In this document: positions 44,536 through 54,767 of the stretch, piece by piece
How positions within the stretch are numbered: position 1 is the first letter of the stretch
Layout of the letters: the number at the start of each line of letters is the position of its first letter
Source of the DNA: a virus
Taxonomy: Duplodnaviria; Caudoviricetes
Virus record (IMG/VR): IMGVR_UViG_3300017716_001697
Coordinates: 96,001 to 160,000 of that record
Reading direction: 5' to 3' (one strand)
DNA length: 64,000 bases
Notes under the pieces: model-generated
Databases searched by the model: none
Told to the model about the DNA's origin: nothing
The model's input: the letters and a program-made list of their open reading frames with translations, nothing else
Translations under genes and position numbers: made by a program

Positions 44536-45111
44536 ATGACAACAGACTTAGATTCCATTAAGAACACATTAGTAAATATATCGAAAGGCAATTCTTTGCT
44601 CGATACATTGCTAGAGTTCGAACGCACTCTAGATAATGCAGAAATATTTGCATACAAGAACTGGATACTTGGCGAATTAGTTGAGGGTCCGGACATTAGT
44701 AGGTACTGGTATAAAACAGTGTGGATGTATCCGTATGCTATGATGCCAGATCCAAACGCTGGATTACGATTAACAAAGCTAGGCGCTAAAGTTAATTTTA
44801 GAAAAGGGACATTCAAGAAGCCGGTTAAGGTGCATGGCCCTGAAGATTGGGCAAATCCAGAGACCAAACGTGCTAAGATGGCTGAGCACGAAGTTTGGCT
44901 AGTTACTATTGATCTCCCATTAAAGTACATAAACAACGGCTTAGAGAAGGCAGACGATATTATTCAACAAGACATAGCTGCTACTAATGCAGAGATTGCT
45001 GATGCTTATGATGAACAGCCTGAAGATGATAGCATGGATATGACCGGTGGTGACGAAATGGCTCCGGACGAAGGAATGCCGACAGACGCGCCACCTGAGG
45101 AAGAACTATGA
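44536..45111 (+). CDS. Phage hypothetical protein, late
   Basis: LLEFERTLD..YKNW..GELVEGP..MPDP motif; acidic tail. Confidence 0.7.
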   Translation: MTTDLDSIKNTLVNISKGNSLLDTLLEFERTLDNAEIFAYKNWILGELVEGPDISRYWYKTVWMYPYAMMPDPNAGLRLTKLGAKVNFRKGTFKKPVKVHGPEDWANPETKRAKMAEHEVWLVTIDLPLKYINNGLEKADDIIQQDIAATNAEIADAYDEQPEDDSMDMTGGDEMAPDEGMPTDAPPEEEL

Positions 45112-45860
45112 GTTTAAAGAATGGGGATTTGGAAGGTACAATTCTTCCTATAGTATCGATTGATGAATTTGAACCGAAAGCAGGTGATGTACAAGATATC
45201 ATTGTTGTAGCCTTCTATCTAACTGATCAAGCACCTGCCGACGATCTTAACACATTTATTCAACGTGGTGTTATAGATACATTAGATGTATGCGTAAGCC
45301 CTAATACTGACGATGACGGTCGATATCTTGTGTTTGTTGAAATGGAGAGAAATGAGACATTTCAAGAAAAATTTCAGGCACTGTTAAAAGATGTAGATAA
45401 TGTGGCTGGTAAAACTGATTGGAAAATTAAAACATATCTGTCAGACGATAAAGAGTTTGATTATACCGATCCAACATTTTACAAATTTATTATTGTTAAC
45501 CCAGAAGAGTATGTATCAAAGGACGAATTTATGAAAGAATCAATGCAGGCTAACGTTAAAGAGTTCTTAAGTGATGCACATATAATGTATTGCAATTTTG
45601 AAGGCAACAACATAACAATCGGTGCAGGTCAACGCAAAATTGTCGCGGAAGTTGTTGATGTGGGCGATTACGATACTGTAATAGGCAGGAATTTTCTTGC
45701 TGAATCTGCGTTCAGGTTGACAAATAGGCCAATAGAAGCTACAGTACTAACAGGACTGCTAGGTGTCTACGATGTCATGCCAATAGGTAAATTCTTATGT
45801 GTTGGTAAAGATGACAAAGTGATGTTACTTAGAAACACTGAACTTAAATACAGAGGATAA
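45108..45860 (+). CDS. Phage hypothetical protein, late
   Basis: ATGA overlap, 250 aa. Confidence 0.7.
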   Translation: MSLKNGDLEGTILPIVSIDEFEPKAGDVQDIIVVAFYLTDQAPADDLNTFIQRGVIDTLDVCVSPNTDDDGRYLVFVEMERNETFQEKFQALLKDVDNVAGKTDWKIKTYLSDDKEFDYTDPTFYKFIIVNPEEYVSKDEFMKESMQANVKEFLSDAHIMYCNFEGNNITIGAGQRKIVAEVVDVGDYDTVIGRNFLAESAFRLTNRPIEATVLTGLLGVYDVMPIGKFLCVGKDDKVMLLRNTELKYRG

Positions 45861-45863
45861 AAC

Positions 45864-46079
45864 TTGGCTAAAGATGATGTTATTGTTACACGTGGTCGCA
45901 TTACAGATGCTGCACCCGGAGCGCGATTCAAGGTTACACTAGAAAACGGGCATATAATGAATGCAATCGTTAGTGGTAAGATTAGAAAGAATAATATCCA
46001 GATCATCCTTGATGACCTGGTAGAGGTAGAAATGTCAGTATACGACATGAACTTAGGTAGAATCACATACCGATTTTAA
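45864..46079 (+). CDS. infA: Translation initiation factor IF-1
   Basis: MAKDDVI..G.I....P.A.FKVTLENGH....SGKIRKNNI.I...D.VEVEMS.YD...GRITYRF; GAGG RBS, TTG start. Confidence 0.93.
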   Translation: MAKDDVIVTRGRITDAAPGARFKVTLENGHIMNAIVSGKIRKNNIQIILDDLVEVEMSVYDMNLGRITYRF

Positions 46080-46091
46080 AGAAAGCTTAAA

Positions 46092-46925
46092 ATGAGCAAA
46101 CGGGATTATTACGATATCCTCGGCGTTGCTAAAGATGCATCCGACGATGACATTAAGAAAGCTTATCGCAAACTAGCAATGAAATATCACCCGGACAGAA
46201 ATGTCGACGGTGATAAGACTGCGGCCGAAGTCAAGTTCAAAGAACTACAAGAAGCATACGAGTGTCTGTCTGATCCAGTCAAACGAGATACGTATAACAG
46301 GCATGGTCATCAAACTCCCGGTGCCAGCCCTGGCGCTCGTTCGTACACACATTCATCGCACAATGTAGATATTAACGAAATATTTAGCAGCATGTTTGGC
46401 GGCGGCCGTAACCCGTTCGGTGATATGTTTGGCGGCGGACAAGCAAATGCTCATCGGCCGCAAATGCAACGCCACATACTGAAAATGCCGTTGGAAGATG
46501 CTTACACAGGCAAACAACTAAGATTACCCGCCGGTATAACGTTGAATATTCCGGCAGGCGCAAGATCGGGCACAAAGTTTGTCGCTGATAACGCAATTTA
46601 TCAATTAGAGATTCAACCTCATGCAAGATTTAAACGATCAGACGATGATTTATTAATTGATGTTGAAGTATCTGCAATTGAAGCCATGCTAAGTGTGGAG
46701 GCAACACTTGACCATTTAGATGGTAGTAAGTTACAATTTACTATACCTGCGGGTATACAAAACGGTCAGGTAGTTAGGTTGAGTGGGAAAGGTATGAAAA
46801 ATCCCGAGCACGACAGGATAGGTGATTTGATGATACGAATTACTGTTACTACACCCAGGAATCTAACTGATGAACAACAAGCATTCTTAAAAACAATGCA
46901 ACGCCGCGAAATGTTAAATATTTAA
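46092..46925 (+). CDS. dnaJ: DnaJ-family co-chaperone (J domain plus C-terminal domain, no zinc finger)
   Basis: [29 protein letters not shown] region, RLSGKGM..GDL. Confidence 0.9.
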   Translation: MSKRDYYDILGVAKDASDDDIKKAYRKLAMKYHPDRNVDGDKTAAEVKFKELQEAYECLSDPVKRDTYNRHGHQTPGASPGARSYTHSSHNVDINEIFSSMFGGGRNPFGDMFGGGQANAHRPQMQRHILKMPLEDAYTGKQLRLPAGITLNIPAGARSGTKFVADNAIYQLEIQPHARFKRSDDDLLIDVEVSAIEAMLSVEATLDHLDGSKLQFTIPAGIQNGQVVRLSGKGMKNPEHDRIGDLMIRITVTTPRNLTDEQQAFLKTMQRREMLNI

Positions 46926-46933
46926 GGAATATA

Positions 46934-49150
46934 ATGAGTACCAAAAAAGTAGAGAAAATGATTGAACGTGCTGTCGTTATTGCTAATGACAACAATCACG
47001 AATATATAACATTGGAACATATCTTGCTTTCTCTGTTACATGAGAAAGACATTAACGAATTAATCTTAGGCATTGGTTCAGTTCCCGGTGTTGTGAAATC
47101 TGAAGTCATTACATTTCTTAATGACCCGGCATTGAAGAAGCCCGAGGCGTTGAAAGATGTACCGGCAAAACGTACGACTGTACTACAAAGAACAATGCAA
47201 CGTGCATTGACACAACTTGTTTTCAGTGGTCGCAACGAACTTACTACTGAAGCTGTGCTGATTAGCATCCTTAGTGAGGAGACAAGTCATGCATACTATT
47301 TCTTGGCTAAGAATGGTATCACACGTGAGAAACTTATCGCAATACTGAAGAAGAGTGATGAGAAAGCTGCAAATGCTGACGAAAGCCCACTTGCTTTGTA
47401 TGCACGTAATTTAAACAAAGAAGCAGCTGACGGCACGATTGATCCAGTCATTGGGCGGTCAAAAGAAGTTGCTGATACAATCGAAATCTTGGCCCGCCGC
47501 AAGAAGAATAATGTTGTATACGTAGGCGAGCCAGGCGTGGGTAAGACTGCACTTGCAGAAGGACTTGCACTAAAGATTACAGAGAAAGATGTACCTAAGT
47601 CATTGCATGACAAGGTAGTTTATAGTTTAGACATTGGTGCACTTATTGCCGGCACAAAATTCCGCGGTGATTTCGAAGAACGCCTTAAGGGTGTGCTCGA
47701 TGAAGTTAAGAAGCTCGGCAACGTAATTATGTTTATTGATGAGATTCACATGATTCTGGGTGCAGGTTCGTCGGGCAGCAGTACAATGGATGCTGGTAAT
47801 TTGCTTAAACCTATGTTAGCAAAGGGTCAGTTAATGTGTGTAGGTGCAACAACATACGACGAATTTCACGAACACTTTGAGAAAGATAAGGCACTGTTGC
47901 GCCGCTTCCAGAAGTACGATATCAACCAACCTAGTGCTGCTGAAACAAAATTAATTCTTGCAGGTTTGCAAAAACATTATGAAAAATTCCACGGCGTAAC
48001 CTACGACATGGGTTCTACAGATTTGTGTGTAGATTTGGCAGACAGGTATTTGAAGAATAAGTTCTTCCCTGATAAAGCATTAGACATCATGGATGCAGCA
48101 GGTGCAGTAACTAAACTTGCTGAAAATAAAACTGTATCAATGCATACTGTATTGGAGCAGGCATCTAAGATTGCTCGTATCCCATTGGACATGATGGATG
48201 TTAAGGCAAATGATGCATTGGCTAATCTTGAACCTAGATTGAAAAATAAGGTGTATGGTCAAGATAATGCATTGGTTGCACTTACTGAGGCAATTTATAT
48301 GGCCAAAGCGGGATTGCGCAAGCCTAACAAGCCAATCGGTAATTTCTTATTCACAGGTCCTACCGGCTCAGGTAAAACATATACGGCAGAGAAGCTTGCG
48401 GAACTGCTGGGTGTTAAACTAGTGCGGTTTGACATGTCGGAATATATGGAAAAACACACTGTTTCCAAACTGATTGGCGCTCCTCCCGGCTATGTAGGCC
48501 ACGGCGAAGGCAAGATGGGTGAAGGGCAACTTATTGCAGAAGTGGACGCCAATCCTAACTGTGTGTTATTGCTTGACGAAATCGAGAAGGCATCACCAGA
48601 TATCTTCGCTGTGCTATTGCAAGTTATGGATGCAGGTCGCTTAACTTCTAGCAAAGGTAAGACAGTTGATTTCTCTAATGTGGTTCTTATTATGTCTGCC
48701 AATGCAGGTGCATCGGATGCAGAAAAGAAACGTATCGGATTCGGAAATCAAGATAACAGCAGTGCCGTTGATGTTGAACTTAAACGTTTGTTTACTCCAG
48801 AGTTTAGAAATCGTTTAGATGCTGTAATTAAATTCAACAAGTTAGGCATTGAAGAAATGCGTATGATTGTTAATTCCGAAGTCGAGAAGACTGAAGCTAC
48901 ATTAGAAGTCAAGAACATCACACTAACAGTAACAGCACAGGCAAGGGACTGGTTGGCAACAAATGGATTAGATCCACAAATGGGTGCAAGGCCATTTGAA
49001 CGACTGTTCGAGACGAAAGTTAAGAAACCGCTATCTAAAGAAATTTTATTCGGTAAGTTGAAAGACGGTGGTCATGTTGTTGTTGATATTGTTAATGGCG
49101 AATTAGTTGTAAACACACATTCGCGTGCATTAGAACCAGTAGTCATCTAA
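46934..49150 (+). CDS. clpA: ATP-dependent Clp protease ATP-binding subunit ClpA
   Basis: N-domain HEYITLEHILLSL; GEPGVGKT, AGTKFRGDFEER, IDEIH; GPTGSGKT, RFDMSEY, LDEIEK; IGF loop; no ClpB M-domain. Confidence 0.92.
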   Translation: MSTKKVEKMIERAVVIANDNNHEYITLEHILLSLLHEKDINELILGIGSVPGVVKSEVITFLNDPALKKPEALKDVPAKRTTVLQRTMQRALTQLVFSGRNELTTEAVLISILSEETSHAYYFLAKNGITREKLIAILKKSDEKAANADESPLALYARNLNKEAADGTIDPVIGRSKEVADTIEILARRKKNNVVYVGEPGVGKTALAEGLALKITEKDVPKSLHDKVVYSLDIGALIAGTKFRGDFEERLKGVLDEVKKLGNVIMFIDEIHMILGAGSSGSSTMDAGNLLKPMLAKGQLMCVGATTYDEFHEHFEKDKALLRRFQKYDINQPSAAETKLILAGLQKHYEKFHGVTYDMGSTDLCVDLADRYLKNKFFPDKALDIMDAAGAVTKLAENKTVSMHTVLEQASKIARIPLDMMDVKANDALANLEPRLKNKVYGQDNALVALTEAIYMAKAGLRKPNKPIGNFLFTGPTGSGKTYTAEKLAELLGVKLVRFDMSEYMEKHTVSKLIGAPPGYVGHGEGKMGEGQLIAEVDANPNCVLLLDEIEKASPDIFAVLLQVMDAGRLTSSKGKTVDFSNVVLIMSANAGASDAEKKRIGFGNQDNSSAVDVELKRLFTPEFRNRLDAVIKFNKLGIEEMRMIVNSEVEKTEATLEVKNITLTVTAQARDWLATNGLDPQMGARPFERLFETKVKKPLSKEILFGKLKDGGHVVVDIVNGELVVNTHSRALEPVVI

Positions 49151-49161
49151 TACTACTAACT

Positions 49162-49190
49162 TAGAAAAGGGGCATTTAGCCCCTTTTCTA
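49162..49190 (+). terminator. Intrinsic terminator
   Basis: TAGAAAAGGGGC-ATTTA-GCCCCTTTTCTA, near-identical to 13062-13088. Confidence 0.85.
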
Positions 49191-49217
49191 ATGGGCTAAA
49201 ATATCTTGTATGTCTTG

Positions 49218-49224
49218 ATAAATA
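49218..49224 (+). promoter_or_regulatory. T4-late-like promoter ATAAATA
   Basis: Heads the tail-fibre block. Confidence 0.6.
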
Positions 49225-49249
49225 ATGGTAACATTATTGGAGACATACT

Positions 49250-50278
49250 ATGGGCGTACAATTCGCAGGAAATATTTTAGTTCAATCAAACGGCGAACCC
49301 TTGCCAATCAGTATGGGCGGCACTGGTCAGTCGACAGCACCAACAGCAATCAATGCACTGGTACCAGTGCAATCAGGAAATACAGGCAAAGTCCTTACTA
49401 CTAATGGATCTGTTGTTTCTTGGCAAACTGGTGGTGGCGGTGGCACACCAGGTGGTGCTGACACACAAATTCAATTCAATGATGCTGGCACATTCGGCGG
49501 TAATGCAAATTTTACTATCAATAAGACAACTGGTGTGGTGTCGTATTCGGCAGGTACAGTTAGCACAGTATCCAATATATCGAGTACATCTGGCACAAAT
49601 CGTAGTGTAATATATCAAACATCTGGCAGTGATCGTTGGATACTTAAAGCCGACACTACCGCAGAAACAGGTTCTAATGTAGGATCTAACTTTGCATTAG
49701 TTGCTGTAGCCGATAATGGACTTACGCAGAACACAGCATTATCTATTTCTCGTGCAACACAGATTGTTGACTTTAAAGTTGCACCTACATTAAACGGAGT
49801 AGTTATAGGTTCTGCACCCGCCGCCGCCGGCGCGTTGACCGGTACTACCTTAGCAGCTAATGTGGTATCTTCCAGTTTAACTAGTGTCGGAACATTGGCT
49901 TCGCTAGCAGTAACTGGCGCCATAACAACCGGTGGCATAGAAGTCGGTACAAAGATTGTACCACAGAATATTCAATCTGCCGCCTACACATTAGTACTGG
50001 CTGATAGCAGTAAGTTTATATTTCATCCGTCTGCAGATACTACGGCTCGCACATACACTATTCCATCGAATGCTTCTGTACCATATCCGATTGGAACAGC
50101 ATTGATGTTTGTTAATCAAAATGCAGCAGGTGTTATAACTATTGCAATTAATGCAGATTCCCTACGACTTGCCGGCGCTGGTACACCAGGTGCCCGGACA
50201 TTAGCTGCCAACGGTATTGCTACAGCAATTAAAATTACAGCAACTGAGTGGATTATCTCCGGAACAGGATTGTCTTAA
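49250..50278 (+). CDS. Tail fibre-like protein
   Basis: GGTG..AINAL.P.Q.GNTGK.LTTNG, GGADTQIQFND, LAANVVSSSLTSVGTL, C-terminal TEWIISGTGL. Confidence 0.7.
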   Translation: MGVQFAGNILVQSNGEPLPISMGGTGQSTAPTAINALVPVQSGNTGKVLTTNGSVVSWQTGGGGGTPGGADTQIQFNDAGTFGGNANFTINKTTGVVSYSAGTVSTVSNISSTSGTNRSVIYQTSGSDRWILKADTTAETGSNVGSNFALVAVADNGLTQNTALSISRATQIVDFKVAPTLNGVVIGSAPAAAGALTGTTLAANVVSSSLTSVGTLASLAVTGAITTGGIEVGTKIVPQNIQSAAYTLVLADSSKFIFHPSADTTARTYTIPSNASVPYPIGTALMFVNQNAAGVITIAINADSLRLAGAGTPGARTLAANGIATAIKITATEWIISGTGLS

Positions 50279-50279
50279 T

Positions 50280-51137
50280 ATGAGCATTATATCAATGATA
50301 ACACTGGGTACAGTAGTTACAGCCACCCCTGTAATCGGTAATACCTTCGGCATATATGCCGGCCAGGGTTCCGCTACCACTAATAAATATTCGTGGGAGG
50401 GCGACGTGGTAACAGTAGCTACAAGTCTACCCGCCAATGTCCAGCCTAGCCGGGTAGGATTTGGGAATGTAGAAAGAGGGATCTTCACGCTGTCTGGTAA
50501 TACTACACTGACAGACAGCTATACATATAGTAACGATACAGTAACCGCAGCTGGCGCGTTGACATCAACATATTCGACGGCATATGCAACAGGCAACAGC
50601 ACTCTTGCAGTAATGGCACGTAGTGGTGGTGTCACTGGTAGTATGGTATACACATACTCTACGGATTCTACTGTGGTCGGATCACCGTTCTTGAATACAA
50701 TGGATTATAGAGCAGGTGCAGCAGGTAATGGTACACGTGGCATATTTGTACGTGGCGCCGCCTTCGGCCTGACTACATACAAATATACGTATTCTTCGAG
50801 CATTGTGACCGCGGCAGCTAATCTTACTGTTTATTCATATGTTACATGTGCGATGGGCTCCAGTACGCAAGGATTATTTATACGTGGATCAAATTCCTCA
50901 ACAACTACAAAATACCTATACTCTTCCGATACGGTATCGGCAGGAGCGGCCTTACCGGCTCTTGCATACTTCGGGACGGGAACCGGCACAGAAACTGCAG
51001 GTGTCTGTAGTATAGGCAATAGTACATCAGCTACAGCTAAATATACATATTCTAGCGACGTGGCAGTCACTGCTACTAGTGTCACAATGGCTACATATAA
51101 CTATGGTGCATCAACATCTAATACAAATATAGCATGA
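50280..51137 (+). CDS. Repeat protein, possible beta-propeller virion protein
   Basis: About six G-(I/L)-F-x-x-G...Y-T-Y-S-S-D repeats; ATG 50280. Confidence 0.55.
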   Translation: MSIISMITLGTVVTATPVIGNTFGIYAGQGSATTNKYSWEGDVVTVATSLPANVQPSRVGFGNVERGIFTLSGNTTLTDSYTYSNDTVTAAGALTSTYSTAYATGNSTLAVMARSGGVTGSMVYTYSTDSTVVGSPFLNTMDYRAGAAGNGTRGIFVRGAAFGLTTYKYTYSSSIVTAAANLTVYSYVTCAMGSSTQGLFIRGSNSSTTTKYLYSSDTVSAGAALPALAYFGTGTGTETAGVCSIGNSTSATAKYTYSSDVAVTATSVTMATYNYGASTSNTNIA

Positions 51138-51733
51138 TTTCAAAACCACATAGACAAAATTCAGATTTCCAACTTAGGTATTTTATAGCAGGATCGTGCA
51201 AGACACCCGATGCTGCATACTGTATATTATATTCACAAATGATTGATGTAGAGTCGAAAGTTAAGAACAGTGAATCACAGGAAATAGATAGAGAGATCCG
51301 CAAGCTAAAAGCCGATCGTCTATTGCAATCCGATGATGCATTATCTAAATTAGAAGGCAAGAAAGAACTTCTAGATTTAGAATCATCAAAGTATATATGG
51401 GATATGAATATACTGGCAGCGAGGGCCGAACTAAAATGCATTAAAGACTTAATGGCTGAGTTAGAACCCATGCGTAAATATGCTCATTTATCGATATTAG
51501 ATGCGTCCGAAGCCTGCCAACGAGAAGAATGGTTATTAGAATTAAAAACTAGGGTCGAGAATAGTTTACTGTCCATCGGGTCTATACCAGCCGATCAATT
51601 AGACACGATGCGTATGCATCCCGATTTTCACACAGAAATAGCACCACACATATTAGGATTCTCAGAAACAATGCGTGTCACTGGCGCTGCTATCATGGCA
51701 GATATAAAACCGACATACTTACTAGGCAAATAA
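51134..51733 (+). CDS. Hypothetical coiled-coil protein
   Basis: ATGA overlap with repeat gene. Confidence 0.65.
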   Translation: MISKPHRQNSDFQLRYFIAGSCKTPDAAYCILYSQMIDVESKVKNSESQEIDREIRKLKADRLLQSDDALSKLEGKKELLDLESSKYIWDMNILAARAELKCIKDLMAELEPMRKYAHLSILDASEACQREEWLLELKTRVENSLLSIGSIPADQLDTMRMHPDFHTEIAPHILGFSETMRVTGAAIMADIKPTYLLGK

Positions 51734-51758
51734 AGAAAAGGACTCCGGTCCTTTTCTT
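51733..51758 (+). terminator. Intrinsic terminator
   Basis: AAGAAAAGGAC-TCCG-GTCCTTTTCTT. Confidence 0.85.
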
Positions 51759-51785
51759 ATGGGTTTAAATTATGACTCCCTTCTG

Positions 51786-51792
51786 ATAAATA
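51786..51792 (+). promoter_or_regulatory. T4-late-like promoter ATAAATA
   Basis: Direct match. Confidence 0.6.
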
Positions 51793-51813
51793 CATACAAG
51801 AAGAAGGAATATC

Positions 51814-52251
51814 ATGGCAATTAGAAAATCTGTTTTTATGATGACGAACACGGGAACTAAGTGGAACGTTTTCGGCGAACCAGTGAGAGCTGACGCCTAC
51901 TATGGTTATACTGATGGTATCCACACAGTACAAGTTATCTATCAAAATTTCGTAGGCGGTTTTGGATTACAAGGCACATTAGCATTAGATCCACAACCCG
52001 AAGACTGGTTCTACATTAAGTTGAATCCGTGGGGCGATATCAACACACCATTTATTACATACCCGATTGACGCATTTGAACCAACAGGGGCAAACGGTGG
52101 TGACACAGGGTCTATGGCAACTACATTTATTGGTAATTTTGTGTTCTTAAGAGCAGTTCTTACAAGAGATTATATTCAGCCAGTGTCTGTCAATACAGCA
52201 TGGCAGAATTGGCAATGGGGCCAAATTGATTCCGTGTTGTTGAGCTTATAA
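51814..52251 (+). CDS. Probable virion structural protein
   Basis: Late promoter; GEPVRADAYYG.TDGIHTV..QGTLA..P..DWF. Confidence 0.55.
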   Translation: MAIRKSVFMMTNTGTKWNVFGEPVRADAYYGYTDGIHTVQVIYQNFVGGFGLQGTLALDPQPEDWFYIKLNPWGDINTPFITYPIDAFEPTGANGGDTGSMATTFIGNFVFLRAVLTRDYIQPVSVNTAWQNWQWGQIDSVLLSL

Positions 52252-52260
52252 GGAAATAAT

Positions 52261-53289
52261 ATGATTGTTGGTCAAAACGCACTCTTAAATCAATATGTAC
52301 CTACGTTCTTTATTAAGAATATTAAAGACGGCCAAGGCCTTAAATATGATGCCGTAAGAAAAGCATATGTTAATGCTGATATCGGCGGCGGCACTGGCGG
52401 TGTTGACCGTTTAGGTGAATTGTTAGACGTTAGTGATAGCGTTGACAATCCACTTGCATTACAAAATGGACAAGCATTAGTCTATAACACATTCACTAGT
52501 CTGTGGGAAAACAAATTCACAGATTATAATACTCTGCTAAACAAGCCGACCAGTAGCAGTTTTAGTTTCGCCGGTCTAAGTGATACTGCCAAGCCTTCGC
52601 TCCCTGACGGTTATGTTAAATGGAATTCAACTGGCACACAGTTGGTCTATTCTACCACTATACCAGCCGCTAGCATTACGGGTCTTGCAACTGTAGCAAC
52701 AACTGGTGATTACAACAGCTTGATAAACAGACCGATCCTAAATACAGGTACGGTCACATCTGTGGGTATGTCCGGTGGTACAACAGGACTTACTACCTCG
52801 GGTGGTCCAATAACAACTGCTGGCACAATCACATTAGGCGGCATATTAGCTATTGCAAATGGTGGTACAGGTGCTGCAACCGCAGCAGATGCAATTAATG
52901 CATTAGTACCATCGCAAACCGGTAATGTTGGAATGTTCTTAACAACCAACGGTACAATAGTTTCGTGGGCGCCAGCGGGTGGTTCGGGTGGGACAATTAC
53001 ACTTACTGGTGATGTGACAGGTACTGGCACTAGCCCAGTTACCACAACACTTGCAACGGTAAATACAACACCAGGGACATATGCTGATTCACACTATGTT
53101 CCTACTATAACAGTAAACAATAAAGGTCTTGTTACTTCGATCACAACTCAACATGTGGATGAGTCCATAAGAGATTTAGTTGATCTAACAGAAACATTAG
53201 TAATAGAGACAAGGCATCAATATATAGTCACTGGTACATTAGAGGTATTAGGGCGTATAGAAAACAATGGGAGAATTGCAATATTATGA
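52261..53289 (+). CDS. Tail fibre-like protein
   Basis: TGDYNSL, GTVTSV..GPITT.GTITL, LTGDVTG, TVNNKGLVT repeats. Confidence 0.7.
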   Translation: MIVGQNALLNQYVPTFFIKNIKDGQGLKYDAVRKAYVNADIGGGTGGVDRLGELLDVSDSVDNPLALQNGQALVYNTFTSLWENKFTDYNTLLNKPTSSSFSFAGLSDTAKPSLPDGYVKWNSTGTQLVYSTTIPAASITGLATVATTGDYNSLINRPILNTGTVTSVGMSGGTTGLTTSGGPITTAGTITLGGILAIANGGTGAATAADAINALVPSQTGNVGMFLTTNGTIVSWAPAGGSGGTITLTGDVTGTGTSPVTTTLATVNTTPGTYADSHYVPTITVNNKGLVTSITTQHVDESIRDLVDLTETLVIETRHQYIVTGTLEVLGRIENNGRIAIL

Positions 53290-54764
53290 GCAGACCAGCA
53301 GACATCTTACTTAAACAAGGTAATACAACACCAATTTGGCCAACATCGGGGCAAATTTCATTCTATGCTAAGGACAATGGTATATTCTATTCCTTAGATT
53401 CTAACGGTGTAGAGACACCATTTAGCAGTGGTTCGGGATCTGGCACAGTTACATCCGTTAGTGTTTTAGCTAACCCTAGCAGAATTACTGCTACTGGGAA
53501 TCCTATCACTACATCGGGCTCGATTAATATTGACTTAGCAACAACCACAGTGACAGCAGGTGCATACACCAGTGCTGATATAACAGTTGATGCATACGGT
53601 CGCATTACAGCAGCCAGCAGCGGCGTACTAACATCCGGGCAAGTAACAACAGCACTGGGATTTACGCCATATAACGCCACAAATCCATCAGGATATACAT
53701 CAAATACGGGCACTGTAACTAGTGTCGTAGTGTCTGGTGGTTCTACAGGATTATCGTTCGCTGGAACACCAATTACGACATCCGGTACAGCTACAATGAG
53801 TGGTACATTAGCAATTGCTAACGGTGGTACAGGACAAACAACAGCTTCGGCAGCAATCAATGCATTGATGCCATCCCAGACAGGTAATACAGGTAAGTTT
53901 TTAACTACTAACGGTAGCGTGCTATCTTGGGCTACAGTTTCTGGTACAGGTACTGTAACTTCTGTTTCGGCTACAGGTTCTTCAGATATCACAGTAGGTG
54001 GTTCGCCAATTACTACAAGTGGCACACTGACATTCGCATTAGCTAACACTACAGTGGTTGCCGGTGCTTATACAAATGCCAATGTGACAGTCGACAGCAA
54101 GGGCCGTGTCACTGCAATTAGCAATGGTACAGCAGGTGCAGGTACAGTAACTTCTGTTTCTGTTAACGGCACAGCAGGAAGAATTACATCTTCTGGTTCT
54201 CCTATTACTGCATCTGGTGCAATAACATTAGATTTAGCAACAACAGCAGTGACACCAGCAACATACGGTAGTGCAACCCAAGTTCCTGTATTCAGCGTCG
54301 ATTCATATGGTAGAGTTACAGGTGTAACAAATACAACGATCACCGGTGGCGGATCAAGTGCGCCAGAAATTGTTGTATTCCATTATAGTTCCGGCAACTC
54401 CGGCACATTTAATGTTGTTGATGCTATATTCTCTCAGACATCGGGTGTTACAGCTACAGTTATCGATGCTGCAAACTGCATAGCAACATATTCGTTCACA
54501 GGCAAGTCTAACCCACCTAAGTCAGTAACTATGTATGGTCAGAATTATGCAGCTAATACTTTCAGTGTTACAAGTTGGCCAGCTACGGGCGCAGCAGCAG
54601 CTAACTATAAAATTGCAGGAGGCGGCACAGCAGCATCCCCGGATCTGGCTAACGGTATCTTTACTGCATCTAACATAGTTACAATGCAGACAAGAATGTC
54701 TGATACGGGTGCATCATCAACAGTAGGTAATAGGGCATGGGCAATCATGGTGTTTGGATTCTAA
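53286..54764 (+). CDS. Tail fibre-like protein
   Basis: Four GTVTSV..G.PIT.SG units each with TVD.YGR(I/V)T. Confidence 0.75.
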   Translation: MSRPADILLKQGNTTPIWPTSGQISFYAKDNGIFYSLDSNGVETPFSSGSGSGTVTSVSVLANPSRITATGNPITTSGSINIDLATTTVTAGAYTSADITVDAYGRITAASSGVLTSGQVTTALGFTPYNATNPSGYTSNTGTVTSVVVSGGSTGLSFAGTPITTSGTATMSGTLAIANGGTGQTTASAAINALMPSQTGNTGKFLTTNGSVLSWATVSGTGTVTSVSATGSSDITVGGSPITTSGTLTFALANTTVVAGAYTNANVTVDSKGRVTAISNGTAGAGTVTSVSVNGTAGRITSSGSPITASGAITLDLATTAVTPATYGSATQVPVFSVDSYGRVTGVTNTTITGGGSSAPEIVVFHYSSGNSGTFNVVDAIFSQTSGVTATVIDAANCIATYSFTGKSNPPKSVTMYGQNYAANTFSVTSWPATGAAAANYKIAGGGTAASPDLANGIFTASNIVTMQTRMSDTGASSTVGNRAWAIMVFGF

Positions 54765-54767
54765 AAT

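Noticed and set aside
46934-49150. ClpB instead of ClpA
   Set aside because: There is no long coiled-coil M-domain between the AAA modules, and an IGF ClpP-docking loop is present.
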